DNA of 64,000 nt. Origin: an uncultured Anaerolineales bacterium. Its GTDB lineage: Bacteria; Chloroflexota; Anaerolineae; Anaerolineales; JABWBV01. Both the position numbers and the translations under genes were made by a program. The stretch spans positions 2,248 to 66,247 of the forward strand of contig CAZAYY010000001.1 in the NCBI GenBank assembly GCA_964489525.1. Reading direction: 5' to 3'. Positions 1-9,005 of this stretch are shown here, in pieces (the stretch's first letter is position 1; every line of letters begins with the position of its first letter). The notes below the pieces were generated by a model, which did not search any database, was not told the DNA's origin, and worked only from the letters and a program-made list of their open reading frames with translations.

Positions 1-213
1 TTCAGAAACGGCGTAAACAATTCGCCAGTTATCCAGGCGAATGCGAAATAACTGGCGATCGGGGCTACTGAATTGTAATTGTTTGCTGCGAGGCGGTTGC
101 GGCTGCTGAGCTAATTCGCGAATAGCTTCTCGAATACGTTGTCGAACGTTGCCAGGTAAATCTTTGATTTCTGCCAAAGCTTCCGGCGTAACATATACTC
201 GAAACGGACTCAT
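1..213 (-). CDS. RelE/ParE-family type II toxin (partial; 3' end runs off the window)
   Basis: My own minus-strand translation from the ATG at 213-211 gives MSPFRVYVTPEALAEIKDLPGNVRQRIREAIRELAQQPQPPRSKQLQFSSPDRQLFRIRLDNWRIVYAVSE... The ...RIRLDNWRIVY... core is typical of RelE/ParE toxins. The start overlaps the antitoxin stop in an ATGA at 210-213. It is absent from the ORF track because it is open at the window edge. Confidence 0.7.
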   Translation of the reverse strand, partial: MSPFRVYVTPEALAEIKDLPGNVRQRIREAIRELAQQPQPPRSKQLQFSSPDRQLFRIRLDNWRIVYAVSE

Positions 214-434
214 TCCAGTTCCTTTTCGGCTTCATCCCATTCGATCCAGCCGGCACGCTTACGATCTCCGCCAGCAGCTTTTAAATTGGCAAAGGCTTGT
301 TGAGCAACCTGGACATCCTCAATGGTTTCTAACCATTCAACCAGTGCTTCCCAATCCTCTGCTGTAAGCACAGCAAACCGCTTCCCCTTAACGGTGACAA
401 ATTGGACAGATTGTAAAGCTTGTGTACCAGTCAT
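210..434 (-). CDS. type II antitoxin (Phd/YefM- or RHH-like), partner of the downstream toxin
   Basis: 74-aa ORF with an acidic C-terminus (WIEWDEAEKELE). Its 4-nt ATGA overlap with the toxin start gives the classic antitoxin-then-toxin order. Confidence 0.6.
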   Translation of the reverse strand: MTGTQALQSVQFVTVKGKRFAVLTAEDWEALVEWLETIEDVQVAQQAFANLKAAGGDRKRAGWIEWDEAEKELE

Positions 435-446
435 CTTGGCCTCTAG

Positions 447-490
447 ATAGGGTGAGAATTCTCAATAAAGCCCTATATTTTGATTATAAC
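447..490 (-). promoter_or_regulatory. candidate TA promoter and operator
   Basis: There is a perfect 12-bp palindrome, TGAGAATTCTCA, at 453-464, nested in the ATAGGG...CCCTAT arms. A minus-strand TGTTATAAT (extended -10; TATAAT is the reverse complement of 483-488) lies just upstream of the antitoxin ATG. Confidence 0.4.
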
Positions 491-930
491 AAAAATCTGC
501 AGTCAAAAAGCTGCTTTTGGGTTGCTTGTATATGGTGAGATGAGTCATTGGGAATTTCCGTGGTAAACGGGGGGTATCAATCATTCATTAATCTTTTTAC
601 GATACATGGGCCGCCGCCTGGACCAAATCGAACAGCCGCTGGAATTTTTCAGTGAGGCCATCGGATAGCCGAGCCACGCTCAGGGTGCCCATACAATCAA
701 TTTCAGATAAAAATTTGAATTTGGTTATGTTTTCTGGCAAGGATAGAAAACCCCAGAAGCAGGCCAACCTACCTCTGGGGTTCATTACGTAACGATCTGT
801 TGAGGATAGCTCAATCTATAACCGTTCTGATGCAGCCCGAAGCGGGTCATGCCGGAGCCGATGACCGAGATGAGCGGTCCACCCAGCAGGGCGTAGAATG
901 CTTGTATGCCTTGCAGTCGTCGGCCCGGAT

Positions 931-3573
931 TTATTGGGTCACTCTATCCAGCAAGCGGACAACGCCATTCGAGCCGTCCACTTCCACCAGTTGGCCGTCT
1001 TTAAGCAGTTGCGTCGCCTCATCCACACCCGAAACACAGGGCGTTCCGTACTCGCGCGCCACCACCGCACCATGCTGCAGCGCTCCGCCGATTTCGAGGA
1101 TGATGCCCGCTGCGTTGATGAACAGCGGCGTCCAGCCGGGGTCGGTGGCGCGCGCTACCAGGATTTCACCGGGCAGGAGCGGCTTTTCGTCGGCGGTATG
1201 CAGCACCTTGACGCGTCCCTGCACCACGCCGGGCGAGATGGGCACGCCGCTCAATTCACCGTCTTTGGCGGTTCTGCGCGGCGGATTGAAGACCTTGCCG
1301 CGCGAATCCAGGATGCGCGCTGTAAGTTTGTTCTTGCGAATTTTTTGGATCAACACGGCCTGCTCTTTTGCCAAAACGCGAATATCCAAGAGCGGGTCTG
1401 CCAGGGCGCGGTCAATGTCGGCGATGGTCAGGTCGAAGATTTGCTGGGGTGTATCCAGGCGGTCTTCGGCCACAAAACGCTGGGCAATTTCCAACACGCT
1501 GCGGCGGAATGAGTCAATTACCATGATCACGTAGTGCTTGCCGGTTTCACGTTGTCCGCCGAGTGTCAACCAGGTCTGGTAGAGTTTCTCGAAGGTTTTG
1601 ACTGCGCGCCGGCTTTTCTTTGCGGCAAGGGCATGCAGGGCTTGATAAGCCGCCTCACGTTTGGAGCGGGATTCATCAAAATAGGATCGTGAACTTTCGC
1701 GCTCGCGAATGAAAAGAGACAGGGTCTTGAGCTGCGTGAAGATTTGGGTGGGATTTTCCTTGGGGCGCTGCGTGGCGGGGTCTATTTCGCCAGGGCAGCG
1801 CATTCCGAATTCGGAGAGAAAATGCTCCCAGCGTTGGGCAAAGTCCGGCGAAAGTGCCCCCTGTTCGAGGTCTTCCAGGAAGCGGGCGGGGTCGTCGTAG
1901 CGGGTCAGTTCCTCTGCAGCCGCCAGTTCATACATCCGTTCGCCCATTTCAGCGGTTTTGTTGCCGGGCAGCGCCACGCCGAGATTGACGAGGTGGTCGC
2001 GAGCGTTTGCTTCATCTTTGAATAGATTTTGGATGCGCCGCTGGGCGATCTGCCCGGCGAGGATGATCGGGATGCCGTAATCGCCGTAGAAAAACGTGAG
2101 CAGGCTGGTGAGGGCGATGGATTGCTCCTGCAAGGTCATGCCCGCACTGTTAAAGGTCGTGATGCGGCGCGCTTGTTCGGGTAGGGCAGCCTGGTATTTC
2201 GCCAGCGAGCGCTGGGGGTTGAGGGTGGCATTCAGCACACCCAGCATCATCGGCAGCACCTTGAAAACCACAGCGCCGCGCATCGCTTTCAGTTTTTTGG
2301 GCATTTCGCCACGCGTGTACTCCTGCATGTCAATGCTGTCCAGGATTTCCAGCACGCTCGGGTCGCCAAAACTGCCCGGCGCCAGTGCCGCGTTGCGCAT
2401 CCCCAGCCTGTGGGCGTTCGAGATATTCATGTAATAGCCACCCCTGGCCGTAAAGACGATGCCATCCATGCCAATCGAGTCTTCGGCAACCGCTCCGCCG
2501 ACTTTGTTCAATACATAATGCAGAAAGTCTGTACCCAGTACAGAAAGCGGTTCCTGTAGGCCCTGTTCTATGAGCGTGGAGTTGGCGTACAGGCGTTTGG
2601 GCGCGCCGGGTGCGGTGACCATTTCGGGCGGCAGGGGTAGGTAGGTGGTGATGGGCCGCGCCTGCAAAAGGAAAATCTTCCCTTTGTTGATCGCCCATTC
2701 GATGTCCACCGGTTTTTGGTAATGCGATTCGACTTGTTGAACCAAATCGGTCAACGCCAATGCTTGCTCGTTGGTGATGGCGTTTTTTTGATCTTTCTCG
2801 CGGATCGACTTCTCCGTCCCCCCAGCCTGATTTAACTGAATGACGGTTTGCTTACTCCCGACTTTCGCGGTAGTGACTCGGCGATTGGGCTTGTCTACCA
2901 CGAACAGGTCTGGTTCTGCCTCCCCAGCCACTACCGATTCGCCCAATCCGTAATTGGCGTTGATGACGGCTTCGTCGTAGCAGTTGTTGAGCGGGTTGAG
3001 CGAGAACGCCACGCCCGCCGCGTCAGCATCCACCTGCTGCTGGACAATCACCGCGATCCGCGGTTCGGTGAGTGCAAAGCCGTGTTCTTTTTTGTAGAGG
3101 AAAACACGTTCATCAAAACTGGACACAAACGAATGCAGGATCGCCGCTTCGATGTTTTCCAAAGTGACTCCTAAGGTTGTTTCGTAGCCGCCTGCGAAAG
3201 ATGCGCCTTCCAGGTCTTCTTCGGGAGAGGACGAACGGACGGCAAATAGGTGTGCATGGTTGGCTTTGCGGAACGAGTCAAACGCTTGTTCCATTTCATT
3301 TCTTTGTTCCGCAGTGAAAGCCAGGGTGCGCGCCAGAGATTGAATCGCTTTGGCGGTTTGGCTTAGTTCATGGGCAGCGGCAGTCGTCAGCATGGAAAAT
3401 TGTGGCAGGCGTTGGAGGGAGTTTAGCCAGGGTTTGAAAAAATCTACTGTGAGTACAAATCCTGGTGGGACGGGCATGCCAATTTGCGTCATTTCGATTA
3501 AAGCCAAGGCCTTGCCGCCCGTTTGTTCAAGGGCGGGGAGGTGTTTTACATTGAATGAAAAAATGGTGCTCAT
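931..3573 (-). CDS. PEP-utilising enzyme with rifampicin-phosphotransferase (RPH)-type architecture
   Basis: 880 aa. The N-terminal PPDK_N/ATP-grasp part shows GGKALAL, FAVRSSSPEEDLEGASFAG and DIEWA...LLQARPITT. The middle segment contains FGMRCPGEIDPATQRPKENP. The C-terminal swivel phosphohistidine domain reads PGEILVARATDPGWTPLF...GGALQHGAVVAREYGTPCV. This domain order and size fit RPH-family enzymes rather than canonical PpsA. Confidence 0.8.
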   Translation of the reverse strand: MSTIFSFNVKHLPALEQTGGKALALIEMTQIGMPVPPGFVLTVDFFKPWLNSLQRLPQFSMLTTAAAHELSQTAKAIQSLARTLAFTAEQRNEMEQAFDSFRKANHAHLFAVRSSSPEEDLEGASFAGGYETTLGVTLENIEAAILHSFVSSFDERVFLYKKEHGFALTEPRIAVIVQQQVDADAAGVAFSLNPLNNCYDEAVINANYGLGESVVAGEAEPDLFVVDKPNRRVTTAKVGSKQTVIQLNQAGGTEKSIREKDQKNAITNEQALALTDLVQQVESHYQKPVDIEWAINKGKIFLLQARPITTYLPLPPEMVTAPGAPKRLYANSTLIEQGLQEPLSVLGTDFLHYVLNKVGGAVAEDSIGMDGIVFTARGGYYMNISNAHRLGMRNAALAPGSFGDPSVLEILDSIDMQEYTRGEMPKKLKAMRGAVVFKVLPMMLGVLNATLNPQRSLAKYQAALPEQARRITTFNSAGMTLQEQSIALTSLLTFFYGDYGIPIILAGQIAQRRIQNLFKDEANARDHLVNLGVALPGNKTAEMGERMYELAAAEELTRYDDPARFLEDLEQGALSPDFAQRWEHFLSEFGMRCPGEIDPATQRPKENPTQIFTQLKTLSLFIRERESSRSYFDESRSKREAAYQALHALAAKKSRRAVKTFEKLYQTWLTLGGQRETGKHYVIMVIDSFRRSVLEIAQRFVAEDRLDTPQQIFDLTIADIDRALADPLLDIRVLAKEQAVLIQKIRKNKLTARILDSRGKVFNPPRRTAKDGELSGVPISPGVVQGRVKVLHTADEKPLLPGEILVARATDPGWTPLFINAAGIILEIGGALQHGAVVAREYGTPCVSGVDEATQLLKDGQLVEVDGSNGVVRLLDRVTQ

Positions 3574-3591
3574 GAATGTGCGCTAAAAACC

Positions 3592-3690
3592 TAAAATTTT
3601 GTAATATAATTGCCTTGAAATCACAAAATTTGATTATAGATAAAATTTTGTAATTGTCAATAGTTTTGATTATAATAATTACAAATATGT
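3592..3690. promoter_or_regulatory. AT-rich divergent promoter with repeated operator-like motifs
   Basis: The 14-nt direct repeat TAAAATTTTGTAAT occurs at 3592-3605 and 3641-3654. TTGATTATA occurs at 3630-3638 and 3666-3674. TTGTAATT...AATTACAA form inverted arms. The region lies between the divergent RPH-like and TetR genes. Confidence 0.35.
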
Positions 3691-3721
3691 AAAGATGTTT
3701 GCTGTATGGAGTTTTGGTCAA

Positions 3722-4330
3722 ATGGATGGATTTGAACGCCGCAAAGAACAAAGCAAAGAAGAAATTCGCAAAGCGGCCTGGGAATTGTTCAGCCAGTTTG
3801 GCGTGGACAAGGTCAGTATGATGGACATTGCCAACAAAGCGGGGGTCTCGCAGGCAACCATCTACAACAATTTTGGCAGTAAAGAAGCATTAGTGCGGGA
3901 ATTTGTAAACGGCGCAGTGGAAATGCTCGCCAGAGGTGTGCAAAAGACTATTGAGCCTGGGCGGTCATTTCAAGAGAAAATGGCAGGATTCTTTCAGTTC
4001 ATTTCGGCGATGATGGAAAACGGGAAACCATCCGCCGCTGGAAATGCGGTCTTTACAGGCAGTCTCGATTTGCAGAACGACCCTGAGATCAAAAAAATCC
4101 GCATGAAGGCAGAAGAGGAGATGATTGCCCTGCTGCTGGGTTTGATCAAGGAAGGAAAACAGCAGGGGCAGGTAGACCCTGATTTATCCGAGGAAGCGCT
4201 GCGGCTCTATTTTACAGCCTTTATGAATATCTTCCCAAGCGCGGAGTTCCAACGTCAGTATTCTCGCCATCCAGACCTGGTAGGAGAACTTGGATCGTTG
4301 ATGTTGTATGGATTAAAGGGTCTTTCTTGA
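3722..4330 (+). CDS. TetR/AcrR-family transcriptional regulator
   Basis: The N-terminal HTH reads IRKAAWELFSQFGVDKVSMMDIANKAGVSQATIYNNFGSKEALV. The track ORF starts at 3695, but the ATG at 3722 (MDGFERRKEQ) is the more plausible start. Confidence 0.85.
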   Translation: MDGFERRKEQSKEEIRKAAWELFSQFGVDKVSMMDIANKAGVSQATIYNNFGSKEALVREFVNGAVEMLARGVQKTIEPGRSFQEKMAGFFQFISAMMENGKPSAAGNAVFTGSLDLQNDPEIKKIRMKAEEEMIALLLGLIKEGKQQGQVDPDLSEEALRLYFTAFMNIFPSAEFQRQYSRHPDLVGELGSLMLYGLKGLS

Positions 4331-4354
4331 TTTTTTGTGAAAGCAGAATGCGCT

Positions 4355-5392
4355 TCATGAATTTAACTCTTTCGCCAATACCGGAATGCTGAACTGCGGA
4401 GCATTTGGGTTGCCTCTGAAGCGCTCTTTGACTTTGTCATAACCCACCTGACTGAATGGACAAACAGCCAGGCAAACAGCACATCCATAATTTCGAGTGA
4501 AATAATCTCGACAAGTCGCGTGATCAATACACTGCATGCCGCCGTCTCCGCGAGGTTGCGGCTGCTCGTAAATTGCATCTACAGGGCACTTGCGTACACA
4601 TTTATGGCACATCGCGCAAAAGTCCCGCACCCATAAGTGTTCGTTCTCAGTCTGAAACGGAAGATTTTCGATATTGGTGTAGATGGTATTAATCCGTAAT
4701 CGAGCGCCTACATCGGGACTGATGAGCAGGCCGTGATAGCCAATGGCGCCTAAACCGGCCAGTTCTGCCAGATGCACATAATCGGTTACACCACCAAGCG
4801 CGGTGCCAGGGTACGCCGCAAACCCCTCGCTCCGCAAAAAGTGGGCTAACTTATTGCCAATAACCGCCATATTCTTGTAGCCGCGCATCACCTCGTGCTG
4901 CGAATCCCAGCTAGGGGACGTATCTATGGGCGCTTTGTCCATTTCTACTGTAAATACAATCGCATAAGGGTAAGGAATCTTCTTTCCTTGAAAAATCGCG
5001 TTAGGCGGCACTTTAACATAGCGAATATCCTTGACGCCCGCATCATACGCCATCTGTTCAAGGCGAGTGATCAATTCAGGCGCTGCATGGCTGTTTTTTG
5101 GCACGACCGGATGATCGTACATCCGTGATGCAATCAGCATATTGAACATGAGCGGCACAGCCTTGCTGATGGCTTGCAACCGCTGCTTGCCTTTAAGATT
5201 TGCCAGCCCCACCTCCCTGGCAGGCAGGCCCGAATCAAAAGGTGTACGCGGCTTCGATTCTGCAGCGGGAGCCACAAAGGTTGTCAAATGATCGGAATGA
5301 CGATCCATACTTTCAAGTAGACCGTCAAGCGATGGGGCTTTTGTGTTTTTATTCGCGCGTCCCATCAGGATTTTGAACATTTGCAAAAACAT
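4355..5392 (-). CDS. 4Fe-4S dicluster protein of the reductive-dehalogenase / epoxyqueuosine-reductase (RdhA/QueG) superfamily
   Basis: Two Cys clusters are visible: CAMCHKCVRKCP and C...CAVCLAVCPF. They are preceded by LAGLGAIGYHGLLISPDVGARLRINTIYT, which is typical of RdhA/QueG. I moved the start from the track ATG at 5455 to the ATG at 5392 (GGAG 6 nt upstream), because 5424-5449 is an operator palindrome. Confidence 0.6.
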   Translation of the reverse strand: MFLQMFKILMGRANKNTKAPSLDGLLESMDRHSDHLTTFVAPAAESKPRTPFDSGLPAREVGLANLKGKQRLQAISKAVPLMFNMLIASRMYDHPVVPKNSHAAPELITRLEQMAYDAGVKDIRYVKVPPNAIFQGKKIPYPYAIVFTVEMDKAPIDTSPSWDSQHEVMRGYKNMAVIGNKLAHFLRSEGFAAYPGTALGGVTDYVHLAELAGLGAIGYHGLLISPDVGARLRINTIYTNIENLPFQTENEHLWVRDFCAMCHKCVRKCPVDAIYEQPQPRGDGGMQCIDHATCRDYFTRNYGCAVCLAVCPFSQVGYDKVKERFRGNPNAPQFSIPVLAKELNS

Positions 5393-5423
5393 GATGAACT
5401 CCAATTTTTTACAAGGCGGCGAT

Positions 5424-5471
5424 TTATTGTTAGTTGTTACTAACAATAATATCACTTCGTTTATTGTTAGT
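5424..5471. promoter_or_regulatory. TetR-type operator: three copies of the half-site TTATTGTTAGT
   Basis: A perfect 11-4-11 palindrome, TTATTGTTAGT-tgtt-ACTAACAATAA, spans 5424-5449. A third direct copy sits at 5461-5471. The site lies between the divergent Fe-S and TetR genes. Confidence 0.65.
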
Positions 5472-5510
5472 CAATACTTGCAAATGGTATAATTACATCA
5501 GGAGCTAACC

Positions 5511-6077
5511 ATGCCAAAAGTGATTGCAGACCTACAAATTTTCCGGGCAGTGATGGAAACGATCGGTGCGCGCGGCTATGCTGGGGCCACCACTCGCCAG
5601 ATTGCCGAATCCGCTGGGGTCAGTGAAGTAACCCTGTTTCGAAAATATGGCAGCAAAATCGAACTGGTTAAGCGCGCGATCAACGCCCTTGTGGAGCAAA
5701 CCGAATTTGAATTGGCAACGCAATATACAGGCGATATTCGAGCTGATTTGCTGCGCGTGCTGCAGGCTTACCAGCAAACGGTCATCCTACACGAACGTTT
5801 TTTCTTTGCCCTGTTTGCTGAATTCAGGCATACCCCCGAGCTGACCGATTCGTTCTCTCAACCGTTGGGTTTGTTTCAATCCATTGGGGATTTACTTTTG
5901 CGCTATCAAACTGAAGGTGTCCTCAGGCCCGAAAACCCTCTGCACAGCGTGGCCTCCCTGCTTGGGCCGCTGCTCTATTTCTCAATGATTGTGCATTCGG
6001 TGGGTGATACCTCCATGCCGCCGGTGGATTTGGGGAAACATATCCAAATTTTTTTAGAAGGTCGGTTCAAGCCATAG
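5511..6077 (+). CDS. TetR/AcrR-family transcriptional regulator
   Basis: The HTH reads GYAGATTRQIAESAGVSEVTLFRKYGSKIELV. A GGAG lies 6 nt upstream of the ATG. Confidence 0.85.
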   Translation: MPKVIADLQIFRAVMETIGARGYAGATTRQIAESAGVSEVTLFRKYGSKIELVKRAINALVEQTEFELATQYTGDIRADLLRVLQAYQQTVILHERFFFALFAEFRHTPELTDSFSQPLGLFQSIGDLLLRYQTEGVLRPENPLHSVASLLGPLLYFSMIVHSVGDTSMPPVDLGKHIQIFLEGRFKP

Positions 6078-6232
6078 TCAATTGCTGAAGAAGACCATGC
6101 TGCGCCCGGGTTCTCACAAACCATCCATCCAATCATGAACCATAGGTGGCCGCCTGCCCAGTTCGATTTTGCCGCGCACTTACTGTTTTGCCTTTCAGTC
6201 AGGTATGGCGCAGGTTGATAGTTGAGGAAAAG

Positions 6233-7141
6233 CTACTCGTCAGACGACAATCTCTTCCCATCCGGGATGAAATTTGGAGGGGGTGGGCCTTCTTGACCGT
6301 ATCGTTCCAGATCCTGCAGCAGGTTGAGAGGACTGTAGGTGGGCTCATACCCAATTAGCTGACGTGCCGGTTCAATGTCATATACATCTGGTTTGAGCGC
6401 CGGATCCAGGCCGAACCTGGCAGCTGTCTCGGAATACGGTGCATAAACTTTTAGAAAGGTGGTTCCTGGTCCTTCTGAATCCCATGTTTGCAGGTCGTGT
6501 GGCGTGTATTCATACTTGCCATCCACAAATAGAGACAAACAGGAGTTAAGACTGTGTGTTGATAGTTGATCCAGGCTCTTTATCACGGCTTGGGTAACAT
6601 CATCAATATGTACGGCACCTTTCCAATACCATCTGGCAAAGTCCGGAAAGGCGGTGTACACAGTTCGGTTCCAATAGGGAATAAATGAACTGGGACGCAG
6701 GATAATCACATCCATATTGTGACGCTGTTGGTAGGTCAGGGCAATTTCTTCTGCAAGCACCTTGGTGTGACCATAAATCCCAAACCGATCTCTGACACTT
6801 GTGGTGGAAATGTAGACGATTTTCGAGATCCCCTGTTCAGCCGCGGCCTGAAACACATTAAAGGTCCCGTTTACGTTGAGATCCCAGAAATCGTAAACAT
6901 TCTTCTGGCCATTTACCAGGTGAATCCCATGCCAGGCAGCAATATGGACGATCATATCCATACCCTGCAGACTCTTTTTTAGCAGTTCCCGGTTTAGAAC
7001 GGTTCCTGAGATGTGCTGTCCGCCCTGTGCTGCAATAGGTGGGCGAATATCCAGGGAAGTGACCTGGTCACCCCTTTGCACCAGATCCCTGGTTAATAAA
7101 AGTCCGAGATCCCCCGATCCACCAGTCAAGAAAATGTTCAT
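6233..7141 (-). CDS. NAD-dependent epimerase/dehydratase (extended SDR)
   Basis: The N-terminal Rossmann motif is MNIFLTGGSGDLG. A YGHTK (YxxxK) catalytic motif is present. Confidence 0.75.
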   Translation of the reverse strand: MNIFLTGGSGDLGLLLTRDLVQRGDQVTSLDIRPPIAAQGGQHISGTVLNRELLKKSLQGMDMIVHIAAWHGIHLVNGQKNVYDFWDLNVNGTFNVFQAAAEQGISKIVYISTTSVRDRFGIYGHTKVLAEEIALTYQQRHNMDVIILRPSSFIPYWNRTVYTAFPDFARWYWKGAVHIDDVTQAVIKSLDQLSTHSLNSCLSLFVDGKYEYTPHDLQTWDSEGPGTTFLKVYAPYSETAARFGLDPALKPDVYDIEPARQLIGYEPTYSPLNLLQDLERYGQEGPPPPNFIPDGKRLSSDE

Positions 7142-7434
7142 TAGAATCCTCCGGGTTTATGGTTGGGTGATTATAACCATTTCTAAACCTTGATTTGAAA
7201 AATATGTCCTAAATGCTCCAAAGATAATTCCTCTCGAAATAATCTCCTGAATGAAATCATCTTTACTTTGAAGCGCCAGAGCAATTTCCTCCGGGGTCTT
7301 TCACCCGGCAGGTGTCAGCCTGGAGAAATCTTCTGTACCATACTGAAACTCAAAGAATCTCTGGAACAGTCTCACTCCTGATTAACTTGCAATACCTGAA
7401 AAGACGTTCGCATTTCAAACCCTGAAGGCCGTTT

Positions 7435-8955
7435 TTACCGGAAGATAAGGGGCAAGAAAATATTGCTGGTGGTAACAGCGCTGCATGTCGAACCGTTGAC
7501 CGTGAGGGTAACCTGGCTGGGTTGGTAGTCGGCGCTCCAATCAACAGAGAGCGCATCACAGCCAGCCATGCGCAGTGTGATGGTTTCTCCATCTTGAAAA
7601 CCGGGTATATTCCGGGCAAGGTCTGTCCCAAAGGCCAGCGAGAGCCCAAAAACGCCGCCGCTGCCCACCGCGGCACAGCCAGCCCGTTCGCCGCGCGGGG
7701 TAATCAGTTCAATCACGGTACCAATCGGGGCAGGTGTGCCGTCCAAATAAGCGCGGCCATACAGCAGGGAGGCGTATGGGGTGGCTGAAACCCCTGCACA
7801 GCCCGGGGGTTCGGCAGGGGGCAGGCTTCCAACAGCCGGGTACTCCAGGATTGCTGGTTGCGTCATGTGCACCAGGTAGCCCTGCCCCTGGCGAAAGGCC
7901 GAAAGGGTTTGGTAGTCTGCGGGTAGGCCGGGTGCATACGCGCCCAACTGCCCCACAACCAGGTCATAACTGCCCGCAATCGAGGCCAGGGCTTCGGCAG
8001 GGGGCAGAGGCGCATCGCCGCAGTACCCCAACCAGCGCCAGCCCGTTTCCAGCGGGATGGGTTCGAGCGGGTTGGCCTGGTTGCCAACCAGGATGAGCCT
8101 TTGCGGTTCGGCTGCATCCAGGTGCAGCCAGTATGCCCAGGGGGTGGACAGGTGTTCAAGCGTGTTCGCATCGCCACCAAAGGCGCCATCCGCACCCAGC
8201 AGCAGCGTGTCAAACGCTGCCAGGCTGCCCAAGGCCGTGGGGATGCTTTGCAGGGCCGGGTTTGCACAGGGGGCAAACAGGTTCCAGCCCGGCGCGGTGG
8301 GTTGGGTATGGATAGCGCCGTTCCAGGCAGCCAGATCCAACAATTCAGCGTTGGGGGAAACGGCCAGCAGTTCCAGGGGAATGGTCGCCAGCCCGGGGGC
8401 TGTGGGGCGGTTGGCTTCGAAAATAGCCAGGGTGCCATCGCCGCTGAATCCAGGTTCGCTGCCGTAAGAATAAGCCCCAATTGAAAAGGTGTCGTCTTCT
8501 TGCAGCGGGCCAACCTGCCCTACGCTGCGCCCGGTGCTTTCCAGGGCGCTGCCCAGGCTGATCGAAAGCAGCCCGGCCTCCCCTTCCGGGCTGCCCGCGC
8601 TGATTTCATACCCGCCCAGGTCTTCCAACCCATACCCAAGCAGGGCAAGCTGGATCGTTTCAGGCCCAAACCCGGCTGGCGCCCACCCCGCTGCCGGTCC
8701 CACTGCCTGCAAGAGTTCCGCACCGCTTAACAGGGCCAGGGATGTTTCTTTGCCAGGTTGGCCATTCGAAGTCCCAGCCAGCCCGGCAGGGCTGCCGGAT
8801 TGGGCCGGGGTTTGGCTGGCGCTGCCCGGCAGTTGCCCGGCGGGTTGGGCGAGGGGCGGTGTAGAATTGGCTGGCCCAGGCTCCCCGGAACAGCCCGGGA
8901 TCCACAGCGCAGCCAGGATCAGGATCAAAAGCCAGTGGTGCCAGGTTGCTTTCAT
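7435..8955 (-). CDS. secreted protein / probable lipoprotein of unknown function, with the C-terminal IFLPLIFR tail
   Basis: I moved the start to the ATG at 8955 (AGGAGG 6 nt upstream). The signal peptide with Cys reads MKATWHHWLLILILAALWIPGC. I recognise no domain. The start is 50 nt downstream of the giant gene's stop. Confidence 0.6.
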   Translation of the reverse strand: MKATWHHWLLILILAALWIPGCSGEPGPANSTPPLAQPAGQLPGSASQTPAQSGSPAGLAGTSNGQPGKETSLALLSGAELLQAVGPAAGWAPAGFGPETIQLALLGYGLEDLGGYEISAGSPEGEAGLLSISLGSALESTGRSVGQVGPLQEDDTFSIGAYSYGSEPGFSGDGTLAIFEANRPTAPGLATIPLELLAVSPNAELLDLAAWNGAIHTQPTAPGWNLFAPCANPALQSIPTALGSLAAFDTLLLGADGAFGGDANTLEHLSTPWAYWLHLDAAEPQRLILVGNQANPLEPIPLETGWRWLGYCGDAPLPPAEALASIAGSYDLVVGQLGAYAPGLPADYQTLSAFRQGQGYLVHMTQPAILEYPAVGSLPPAEPPGCAGVSATPYASLLYGRAYLDGTPAPIGTVIELITPRGERAGCAAVGSGGVFGLSLAFGTDLARNIPGFQDGETITLRMAGCDALSVDWSADYQPSQVTLTVNGSTCSAVTTSNIFLPLIFR

Positions 8956-9005
8956 GGGGTTCCTCCTGCATTTTGGTGTGCGGGTGGTCTGGTTGCCAAC
9001 CATGG

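Noticed and set aside
800-1534. 244-aa and 204-aa plus-strand ORFs
   Set aside because: They are antisense to the well-supported RPH-like CDS.
7142-7434. Protein-like minus-strand segments (…EFQYGTEDFSRLTPAG* and KTPEEIALALQSKDDFIQEIISRGII…)
   Set aside because: They are short, in two frames, and lack a start or any recognisable family. They may be a remnant, but the evidence is too weak to annotate.
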